A stretch of 60,558 bases of DNA, filler included, from Ranitomeya imitator (lineage: Eukaryota), in the NCBI RefSeq assembly GCF_032444005.1. It is 5 parts of 4 records of this genome, joined end to end, with 100 filler letters (N's around TTAATTAATTAA, not from the genome) between each part and the next. Parts side by side here need not be neighbours in the genome. Positions count along the whole stretch, not along the records: positions 10,128 to 23,713 come from NC_091288.1; 4 more parts are not named here. One strand, given 5' to 3'. The position numbers were made by a program, and so were the translations under genes. This document shows positions 11,613 through 21,963 of this stretch, in pieces. Each line of letters opens with the position of its first letter. Positions within the stretch are counted from its first letter, which is position 1. A model generated the notes under the pieces. It ran no database searches. It was given only the letters and a program-made list of their open reading frames with translations, and was not told the origin of the DNA.

Positions 11613-14600
11613 GAATGGCCATCTCCCAGGAATCACTCCAGTGTGATCGAAGTTTCTTACGGATTCATTGTTCTATGGTTTCATCTGCAAAGATCAAAAA
11701 GAAAGAAGGGTAATGCTACCACACTGCATGCTTACCATGTATTTAAAGGGGTATTACTATCTTAAAATAGTACCATAGTACTGGGATATGGTTTAATGCT
11801 ACAGCCCAATCCAAGTTTACACCTGCCCTGCTGGTTTGCCTTGTTTTCGCTTGTACCAGTGCTGGATTCACAGCTACACTGCTGTACAAATATCCTCCAT
11901 GCTGCTTTATAGTAAGTGTTTATCACCCCAGAGCTGGATGCAGACATACACAGCTCAGTACTGCTGTATAATGCCCTCCATTCTGCTGCTGCTTCTGAAC
12001 AGTCTCCTATGTCACAGTCTGCTGTGTATGGGAGATTTCATAGCAGCTGGTTTATATACACTAGCTCAGAGACAAATGAAAGTTAAAGACAGAGTCTACA
12101 TAGCGGGAAAAATTGTGAAAAACGCAGCATACATGTCATACAATGGCTAAAGAAAAGGTTACTCATCAGGAACTCGGGACACCTTATTCTTAATAGTCAA
12201 CTGAAACGACAGGTACACCTTCACAGGTTGTGGATGGGCTTTGAAATTTGACAATACATCACAGTATAATAGATATCGAAGGATTGAAAACAGATAAGGG
12301 CTTTGCTGAGTAAAATCCTCATGATCCACCACTTGACCAGAGTAAAAAAAATTATATATATATAAAAAAAAAAAAGCCTGATCCCAACTTTGGTGGTCAA
12401 CAATGTATAATGCAAAGTCCTGGTCTTAGTCTTTGCAGCTACGTAATGGTGTCACTACATTAATACGAAGCAGACGGGGGCATTTGCTAACTGGCTTGTT
12501 TCAATTTTGCACTAAAATTGGCAGCTTTTTTCCCCCTTCTCTCGGCGCTTTCAGAAACGGTTAATAAAGTGGGTGATGTTTGCCTAAAAGACGAAACATT
12601 GGAGCAGCAAAATTATTATTTGTCTGGGACAAGAGAAGCCATATATACGCCAAAATAATGTTGTGGTGTTCCCAGAAAATACCAGTCCCATTACATTTCT
12701 AGGTTACGTTTTCATTTTCGGCGACTCCCTATAGGTGCAAGACCTTTCTATAGACGCACCGTAGATGCATGCACACAAATGTCCACCTGCCGCCAACCTA
12801 TGAGGATCAGTAATCTATGAGGATCAGTCATTACAAAGCATCCGACATGTAGCCAAGTCACAAGGAAACCGGAGTGGAGGACAATTAGTGTAACAATTGG
12901 TGAGACTTACACAAAGCCGAGCTCGGCATAACCCTAATTAATTCTCTACTCCGCTCCTGACATATTAATGAGGGTCAATTTCCAGGCAGCGGATAACCTG
13001 GCACACAATCACCCTCTATCTGAACATAGTGGGATAAAAAGACACTTTAAAAAAAAAAATATTTGTGTGCAATTATATAAAGTGCAAGCTTTACATTGGT
13101 ATTAATAAAAAGATCCCCAGGGTGTCAGCTCAGAAGAGGCTGCAAAAAACGCTGCAGTTTGCTGCTATATATCACTGCAAAGTATGCATATAACACAATC
13201 AATATGGGTCTTCTGTGGGTTAGTAGATGGCAGGGGGTTCACCATGCTCAGGAACATCATTAATAGCTGTTCTGCACATTATGGCAAAACATGAGGTTAA
13301 ATTTTACTGTTGTCACTTTAATAAGCTGCAATCCTTTGTTGGTGACATCTAATATGGTAATTGCATTATCTGGTGACGTTTAATTGTATGACGTTTTTCT
13401 GTAAAGCTGTCAACTGCATTGTGGGAGAAACTAATGCATTTTGGGTAAGAAGGTCCTGCTGAAGCAGCCATTTTGTAAGAAGCAGTCTATCAGAACAGTT
13501 GTACAAAACGGTCTCCTGCATTACCGTATGTTATACCTAGAACTCCATCATCCTTTATTAAATCTGATAAGGGAACTCTGTTCTGTGGTATTGTGTATTC
13601 AGAACTGTTAAATCAGACGGCAATTGTTATTAGGTCGTGTTCACATGTACAAGATCCACCTTGCTGTGTGCCTTCACTGTTAATTGTAAATGTCATGTTA
13701 TAGGATATTCCAAACTCAATCCTTATACCTGTTATTTGTATTCTTGTAGTTTCACCACATACATCTGTTGACCAAACAAACTGAGAACGGTCTGCTTATT
13801 TTATAAGACAGACACTTTAGGCTGTATGTCCGATTGCACACCGTGAGAACGTGAAAACAGTAGCTATGATTGTGCTCAGATCGGGCACGATAAGACATTG
13901 CAAGTAGAAAATATTAATATGTAAAAAGTGTTTCCGTAAATGTCTAGTCACAATGACTAGGAAAAATATAAGATTGATTTTGGAAATCCATTCAATAGCT
14001 AAGCCAGACCCCCGCTATGTCTATGCATCAATAGTTACAAAAGAAGGGGGCTGGCTCATGTTGAAATGAGCCATCAGCCGAGTCCTCCTGGCTACCCGAG
14101 TCAAACCAAAGACTTCAAAAGAGCTGTGGGGAAGAAACAGTACTATCAGCAGTCACAGATCGGCTGCAGCAGTCATTTGCCATCTGACATCAGTACATCT
14201 GGTCATTGGGGGAACATTTCTTGAAGGGACAGAACCATTGCCTATCCACAAGAGATGATAAATGTATGATTGCTGGGGGTCCAGCTGCTGGATGGACCCC
14301 AACTTACATAGAAAGTTGCTGTGTGAACAGAGCACATGCTTACCTTAAGACCCCTGTTCTCATGAACGATTGGCTGTCCCAGCGATCATACATTTATCTG
14401 GTGTCTAGGTGATAGAAGAAAACGGGACAACCCCTTTAATTTAAATAATGTAACAAGTTCTGTCCTATTTCTCCCACATTAAAAACTATTGCTTTTTTTC
14501 ACCTGCACAACCCCTTAAATATGCTTCTCCTAACACCACTTTTTAAGAAAATAAATGGGAGGTGAAGGGAACAAATGAATCAGCAGACGCAGCACTAAAT

Positions 14601-14664
14601 GCTGCTCAGCCCTCTGACTCAGCAGATTACATAGCTGCAATTCTCATGACGTGACCACACGGCA

Positions 14665-14990
14665 ATGCCAGCACCTTTTCCCCAGCACTGTATCGCCCAC
14701 CTGCAGAACTCCTGGCTATTACCCCCAGCACAGTGTCGCCCACCCGCAGAACTCCTGGCTATTCCGCCCCCCCCCCCCCCCCCCCCCAACACAGGATTGC
14801 CCACCTGCAGAACTCGGAGATTTTCCCCCCAGCATCGGATCGCCCACCCGCAGAACTCCTGGCTATTCCCCCCACAGCACAGTGTTGCCCACCCACAGGA
14901 CTCCTGGCTACTCCCCCCCCACAACACAGGATTGCCCACTTGCAGAACTCAGGGGCTATTCTCCCAGCACCAGATCGCCCACACGCAGAA
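14665..14990. repeat. C-rich ~45-50-bp tandem repeat (CAGAACTCCTGGCTATTCCCCC...GCCCAC)
   Basis: About six imperfect units with variable poly-C runs. Confidence 0.8.
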
Positions 14991-15379
14991 CTCAAGGTTA
15001 TAAGTAAACAATTTCTCTGTGAGCTTAGAAGTCTTCGGTTCCTCTGGTGAACAAATCAGTATTATATGAGGGCCCTCCCTGTCCTCGTACACATCCGGCA
15101 GATGAGATATGTGCGCAGGAATCTGATGTGTCACCAGCAAAACGAAAAAGTGAATGAAGAGAGCCAAATATAGTACAGTCATTAAAGGGGCGGCACACAA
15201 AACACCAATCAGAAAAGGAGCAAAACTAGGTAATTTCGGAGAGACCCTAACTTTTTTTTGGTTAGTTTTCTATCCATATCTATGGAAGACCAGTTCATCA
15301 GTCACATGGTCCTGCCGCCAAACAGCTGAGCAACAATGCAGCCTGGCAGGGGATAGAGTGGGGAAAACCCATTACATAT

Positions 15380-15960
15380 CCGGTACTGATCCCGAGTTAC
15401 ATGCTGTATTATACTCCAGAGCTGCACTCACTATTCTGCTGGTGCAGTCACTGTGTACATACATTACTAATCCTGAGTTACCTCCTGTATTATACTCCAG
15501 AGCTGCGCTCACTGTTCTGCTGGTTTGAACTAGAAACAGACAAGATCTAGATCACAAGTTACATCCTGTATTATACCCCAGAGCTGCACTCACTATTCTG
15601 CTGGTGCAGTCACTGTGTACATACATTACTGATCCTGAGTTACATCCTGTATTATACCCCAGAGCTGCACTCACTATTCTGCTGGTGCAGTCACTGTGTA
15701 CATACATTACTGATCCTGAGTTACATCCTGTATTATACCCCAGAGCTGCACTCACTATTTTGCTGGTGCAGTCACTGTGTACATACATTACTGATCCTGA
15801 GTTACATCCTGTATTATACCCCAGAGCTGCACTCACTATTCTGCTGGTGCAGTCACTGTGTACATACATTACATTACTGATCCTGAGTTACATCCAGTAT
15901 TATACCCAAGAGCTGCGCTCACTATTCTGCTGGTTTGAACTAGAAACCGACAAGATCTAG
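15380..15960. repeat. 81-bp tandem repeat (GAGTTACATCCTGTATTATAC...CATACATTACTGATCCT)
   Basis: The 27-aa periodicity in the ORFs at 15604-15960 and 15552-15869 reflects an 81-bp unit. A short shared terminal segment (GGTTTGAACTAGAAAC.GACAAGATCTAGATCACAAGTTACATC) occurs twice. Confidence 0.9.
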
Positions 15961-17567
15961 ATCACAAGTTACATCACCCCCTAGGAAACATTTTTCAGTT
16001 CCATTCATAACTCATTTACGAGTGAAGGAGCGTTGCTGACTGGTTGCAGTAGGCCATTAATTCCTCCCCGCGGTCTCCAGGCCGCCCTGGTGACAATCTG
16101 GTTTCTCGGGCTTTGGACACCGGGACAGTCGCCTCTTGTGTTCCTGACTACGATCTGATAACCGGCTTGGCTTCTGTACTTGCACCGGTATCAGGTGGGC
16201 AGAACAAGCTCAGACATGTGCCACTCTGTAACGTGACCCGGCCAAACACATCAGACCTGAATAAGGCGACACAGTTCTGTCACCACAAAGGTCTATTTAC
16301 AGGGTCTCCAGTTACCACCCTAAAATTCACAACACCCAGCGCAGAGGAACACACCGGGGAACAGAAGAGCAGCTGTGTACGGTGCACAGGACGTCACTCA
16401 TCAGGCTACGTCCTGCTGCATAGCGCTTATTTACTCAGAGGCCCAGCCTTCCAGAGAAAAAAAAAAAAGTGTGGCAGAAAACATTACACTGTTCAGACCT
16501 TAGTTCATGTTCCAGATTTACACCCATAAGTGCTTCAAAGTAAAGACTGCCAGCCAAAAAGCGTGCCCCATGTACGGGCACAGATGCCTAGCCTATGGGT
16601 AACATTGGCATATACAAAGGGGGGACAGCATGGCCCTAGTGATGGCGGCCTATCATATGAGGCAGGAGGGGAGTTCAGCCACACACTGTATAATCAGCCA
16701 ACAGCCTTCCCTCTGGACCCCCCATATTCCGGTACGAGGGGCTCAGCAGGACACGCATGTATTTTCAAATTATAAGAGTAGAATAAAGGCCTCCAAATAC
16801 ATTAGATGGGATCGGCCGGCGGTCTAATGTGTACAGGGCGCTGGACGACCGATGCTCGGGAGAGACGTCTATCGGACAATCTCCTTCCTCACTCTTCTGT
16901 GTCAGATGGCACATGACCGCTGCAGCCGATCAGTGACTGCCGATTGTCTGCCGTGGTTATGGGCTATCCACCTTCAAATACAACAGCGAGATTAGCAGGC
17001 AGTTCGGCAAGCGTGCATTAGGTTTATATGTTTTTCAGACCAACAACGGCCAATATTGGTAAATGGAAGGCATGGACAATCCCTTTAAGAACCATTCTGA
17101 TCTGGTAAGGATCAAGAGGGGGAACTTGTACTGTTCCACCGCGGATCATTGTCTGTCTGCAGGGGGGGGGGAGGGGGGGTCGACAAAAGATGCGATCAGG
17201 CGGCTGAAGAGCGTCCGCTGGTCAAGCACTGGGCGGCGATCGCGAACAAACGCTCCTTTATTAGAGTGAGCCGCTCCTATAACGAGGGTCCGGGCGGCTT
17301 CAGTGCAGACGTAAAAGGTAAATGGAAAAGAACCGAAAGCTTTCTGCATGTTGGAAACGTCGGCTCAGTGGGGTCCGGAGACCTTCAGCCGAGAGCGGCG
17401 CCCAACTGTGCCCGTCTACTGTGAGGGGCTCAGCATCCGGACCCCCAGCCACAAACTTCACACCTGTCCAGGCACAGCGTTCCCCGCTAATATAAAACCA
17501 CCACTTCCTGCATGCTGGGAGTAGTAGTTCTGTGACAAATCCGGGAACACTCAGGCAGAATATTTAA

Positions 17568-17882
17568 GGCTACGTTCACACTAGCGTTCGGCTAGTGTGC
17601 GTCGCGCTAGCGTCGGGCGACGCAGCGGCGACGCACGCGTCATGCGCCCCTATGTTTAACATGGGGGACGCATGCGTTTTTGCTTGTTGCGTTTTCCGAC
17701 ACGTGCGTCTTTTTTGACGCTAGCGTCGGACCAAGAAAACGCAACAAGTTGCATTTTTCTTGCGTCCGATTTTCGTCAAAAAACGACGCACGCGTTGAAA
17801 AACGCAGCGTTTGTGTGCGTTTGCACGCGTTTTTCGGTGCGTTGCCGACGCAGCAGCGCACAACGCTAGTGTGAACGTAGCC
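17568..17882. mobile_element. PIF/Harbinger (Tourist-like) MITE, 315 bp
   Basis: TAA|GGCTACGTTCACACTAGCGTT...AACGCTAGTGTGAACGTAGCC|TAA: 21-bp perfect TIR and 3-bp TAA TSD. Confidence 0.93.
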
Positions 17883-18489
17883 TAAGGGGGTTTCTCCACA
17901 AATGCACAAGTAACTGCACGAGTCCTGCACCCCCCAATAACACCAAGGACTGGGGTCCGGTGTGAACTGCGCACATACAGGACTGGTGGGGACGAGGACC
18001 GGACAGTGACGGACCCCTGCGACGGTCGCACTGATGACGTCATCTGTGAGGGACGAGGCCCCCGATCACCGCCCATGTAGGACCCAGGGAAGATAATAGA
18101 GGCCCAGTCCCGCTGCTTCTAGGTTCACCCCAATATTGCAGCAGAATGGGCGCATCTGACCGACGACATGCTGGGTGTTGTAGTTCTCTGGCCATTCGCT
18201 TGCCAGGATCAGTTATCACACAGGTAGAACTAGAACTCCCAGCATTCCCACACTGACCAAAGAGGGGCAATACACCACAGAACAGCCTGCAGAATAGCAC
18301 CGGCTGTGGTACTACAAGACTCAGCGCGCCCAGACTGTGGCAGGCAGGAAGGAGACGTCAGTCACACGTGGCCAAGACCGGAGCACAAGGTAACAGGCTG
18401 AGGACCCGCCATTATCACCGAGAATGTCCCGCCATTATCACAGGGAGGACCCGCCATTATCACAGCGTCCCCCGCCGGACGACACTCAC

Positions 18490-18612
18490 CCGCTCCACAG
18501 CACAGCGGGCACCGGAGCACAATGTCCGCTCCGCTCCCGGCTCAGCGGCCTCCGCTCTCCTAGCAACCGCGACACTGACTGCTGCTGAGAGAGAGAGGAG
18601 CCGCCGCCAGCA
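18490..18612 (-). other. TTLL4: Probable non-coding first exon of the TTLL4-like gene (start approximate)
   Basis: CpG-rich segment ending in a strong donor GCGG|GTGAGT (18489-18484), directly downstream of a promoter-motif cluster. No ATG seen in the exon. The link to the 11684 exon is inferred. Confidence 0.55.
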
Positions 18613-18659
18613 CATGACGTCACAGGAAGAGGCGGGGCTACCACCAGACGGGGCGGAGC
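18554..18659 (-). promoter_or_regulatory. CpG-island promoter: imperfect RFX X-box, CRE, ETS and two GC boxes
   Basis: GCTCTCCTAGCAAC at 18554-18567, TGACGTCA at 18615-18622, CAGGAAG at 18623-18629, GGCGGGGC at 18631-18638 and GGGGCGGAGC at 18650-18659. Confidence 0.65.
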
Positions 18660-18707
18660 CGAGAGAGCAGCGCGGGAAAAAGGAGACGTTACTGCTGCAG
18701 TAGGAGA

Positions 18708-20018
18708 CACGAGGCTGAAGTTGGTCTCTGAGGGTATGTGTCCACGGTCAGGATTGCATCAGTATTTGGTCAGTATTTTACATCAGTATTTGTAGCCAAA
18801 ACCAGGAGTGGAACAATTAGCGGAAAAGTATAATAGAAACATCTGCACCACTTCTGCATTTATCACCCACTCCTGGTTTTGGCTACAAATACTGATGTAA
18901 AATACTGACCAAATACTGATGCAATCCTGAACGTGGACACATACCCTTATTCGTCAGTTTCTTATTCCGTAATTATTTCTATTCTGTTTTTTGCATGTTT
19001 AACAACTAAAAATAATCATCACAATAATAACATACAATGCAGTGAGGAGCCCTAATGTGAATACGCTTAAAAACGGCTACAAAAATAATAAAACTGGCAC
19101 AAAAATGGGCATCAAAGTGGGCACCAAAGAGCACTGAAGAAAGGGTTAAATGCCTTTGGGCCACTGATCTAACACTGCAGACATATAGAACAGGGCGCCC
19201 CGCATCCAAACCAGTTATCTCCAGCCTGGCCCAAATGGGTTCTGGGCACCAGAACTGGCATCAAAGTGGGCAAACAGCACATTTTCACAGATTTGAATAA
19301 GTAACATGTTTTTAAGGGGTTAAATGCCTTTGGGCCACTGATACGACACTTAAAATTCACAGACAGTGATGCCAGGCTGGAGGGACTTGGGTTTGATGCA
19401 GGGCATCACTGTCTGTGAATTTTAAGTGTCGTATCAGTTGACTAAAGGCATTTAACCCCTTAAAAACATCACTTATTCAAATCTGTGAAAATGTGCTGTT
19501 TGCCCACTTTGATGCCAGTTCTGGTGCCCAGAACCCATTTGGGCCAGGCTGGAGGGACCTGGGTTTGATGCAGGGCATCACTGTCTGTGTATTTCATGTG
19601 TCAGATCAGTGGCCCATAGGCATTTAACCCCTTAAAAACATCAGTTACTTATTAAAATGGCAAGAATTGACTGCCCACTTTGATGCCAGTTCTGGTGCCC
19701 AGAACCCATTTGGGCCAGGCTGGAGATAACTGGTTTGGATGCGGGGCGCCCTGTTCTATATGTCTGCAGTGTTAGATCAGTGGCCCAAAGGCATTTAACC
19801 CTTTCTTCAGTGCTCTTTGGTGCCCACTTTGATGCCCATTTTTGTGCCAGTTTTATTATTTTTGTAGCCGTTTTTAAGTGTATTCACATCATGGCTCCTC
19901 GCTGCATTGTATGTTATTATTGTGATGATTATTTTTAGTTGTTAAACATGCAAAAAACAGAAAAGAAAAAATTGCCGAATAAGAAACTGACGAATAAGAA
20001 ACCAACTTCAGCCTCGTG
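18708..20018. mobile_element. Foldback DNA element with long modular inverted arms, CACGAGG termini and 7-bp TSD (TAGGAGA)
   Basis: The left arm (18708-18731 plus 18947-19373) is the reverse complement of the right arm (19402-20018, which has one extra ~175-bp module). The spacer is only 28 nt. TAGGAGA lies at 18701-18707 and 20019-20025. The ORFs at 19006-19209(-) and 19735-19938(+) translate almost identically. Confidence 0.85.
18732..18946. mobile_element. Harbinger-type MITE (215 bp, ~80-bp TIRs) inserted in the left arm of the foldback element
   Basis: GGGTATGTGTCCACG...CGTGGACACATACCC flanked by TGA/TTA. The right arm of the host shows the empty site with a single TTA. Confidence 0.85.
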
Positions 20019-20019
20019 T

Positions 20020-20935
20020 AGGAGAGACAGAGGGGGAGACAGAAGAAGAGGCAAAGGGGGAGACAGGAAGAAACAGAGGGGGAGACAGAGGAGAAGAGAA
20101 ACTGGGAGACAGGAGAAGAGAAAGGGGGAGACAGGAAGAGCGGTAGACAGAGGAGAAGAGACAAAGGGGGAAAGAGAGGAGAAGAGAAAGGGGGAGACCG
20201 GAGAAGAGACAGAGGAGAAGAGAAAGGGGGAGACAGGAAAACAGGGGGAGACAGAGGAGAAGAGACAGGGGGAGACAGAGGAGAAGAGACAGAGGGGAGA
20301 CGGAGAATAGACAGAGGAGAAGAAACAGGGGGAGACGGAGGAGAAGAGACAGGGGGAGATGGAGGAGAAGAGACAGAGGAGAAGAGACGGGGAGACAGAG
20401 GAGAAGAGACGGGGAGACAGGGGGAGACAGAGGAAAAGAGACGGGGAGACAGAGGAGAAGAGACAAGGGGAGACAGAGGAGAAGAGACAGAGGAGAAGAG
20501 ACAGGGGGAGATGGAGGAGAAGAGACAGAGGAGAAGAGACGGGGAGACAGGAGAAGAGACGGGGAGACAGGGGGAGACAGAGGAAAAGAGACGGGGAGAC
20601 AGAGGAGAAGAGACAAGGGGAGACAGAGGAGAAGAGACAGAGGAGGAGAGACAGAGGAGAAGAGACGGGGAGATGGAGGAGAAGAGACAGAGGGGGAGAC
20701 AGAGGAGAAGAGACAGGGGGAGACGGAGGAGAAGAGACAGATGGGGAGACAGGAGAAGAGACAGATGGGGAGACAGGAGAAGAGACAGAGGAGGAGAGAC
20801 GGGGAAACAGGAAGAGACAAAAGGGGGAGACAGAGGAGAAGAGACAGGAAGAGACAGAGGGGGAGACAGGAGAAGAGGCAAAGGGGGAGAAAGAAGAGAC
20901 AGAGGGGGAGACAGAGGAGAGAAAGGGAGAGACAG
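20020..20935. repeat. Purine-rich low-complexity tandem repeat (GGAGAAGAGACAGAGG / GGGGAGAC variants)
   Basis: About 900 bp almost devoid of T. All long ORFs across it (19889-20992 etc.) are low-complexity artefacts. Confidence 0.95.
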
Positions 20936-20959
20936 GATGAAAAATAACTTGGTGACAAT

Positions 20960-21960
20960 ACATTCCCTATAGTTGGAGGGATGACTATTCATGGCTAGTA
21001 TTCCGCATGAGATAGCTATGAAAGCACTAGAATATTTTCTGAAGGCGTTTAGTCAATATTCAGATGACTTAATTAATTTTCTGTTACAGGTAATTTTTTA
21101 TTTATTAAAACAATATATTTCTGTTTGATGAAACAATATATCTGCAAAAGAAAGGCGTCCCTATGGGAGCGAAATATTCACCTTCTCTTGCAAATATTGC
21201 AATGGCATTTTGGGAGCATGAATTCATATTTTCACGTGATAATCCATATTTGCAACACATGATCTGGTATGGCAGATACATAGACGACACCCTCATACTT
21301 TGGGAGGGGGATGTATCTGTCATACCAAAATTCATAGATTATATCAATAATAATAATTATAACATAAAATTTACATACAAACAAGATAAACATAGTATAG
21401 CATTTTTGGATTTAGAACTTCAGGGTAATAATAATCAAGAAATTAGATCAGAAACCACTCAAGGGAAACACAATTTTGCATGCAAAAAGTAGTCACCCGA
21501 AGCATACAATTAGATCAATTCTCGTATGTGAGCATATAAGATTAAAGAGAAATTGCTCCAACTTGGAAGATATGCATACTGAATTCAATGACTTGCAGAG
21601 AAAAATGACCAGAAGGAAATATCCAATATGGACAATAGAAAGAGCAAAAAATATGGCACTATTGAAGGATAGAGAAACATTAATAAAACCGCAAAAGAAA
21701 CGTAGTAATGTGAACAGAAATGAAAAACCGTATGTGTGTTTGAGATACAGTCCACAATTTAATGAAATAAAAAAGATCATATATAAATGTTTACCAATCT
21801 TGTATGAGGATAATAGTTTGGCTAAAATATTGGATTTTGGAATTAATGTAATATCCAGACGTGCGCCAACTATAGGAAATGTATTGTCACCAAGTTATTT
21901 TTCATCAAAAACAAAAAGTCAAAGCTGGTTAAAATATAAAGGATTTGTAAAATGTGGAGC
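20960..21960 (+). mobile_element. Second Penelope-like element fragment (RT core with YIDD, frameshifted), cut by a Harbinger insertion
   Basis: GVPMGAKYSPSLANI...YGRYIDD, SSHPKHT and RRAPTIGNVLSPS. The frame ends at KGFVKCG, where the Harbinger TIR begins. Confidence 0.85.
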
Positions 21961-21963
21961 TAA

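Noticed and set aside
19985-20005. CTGACGA-ATAA-GAAAC hammerhead-like core in the foldback arm
   Set aside because: There is no stem II. It arises from a short GAATAAGAAAC duplication.
19889-20992. Several 120-370-aa ORFs (S/P/L-rich or R/E/G-rich)
   Set aside because: They are translations of the purine-rich repeat, with no domain or splice support.
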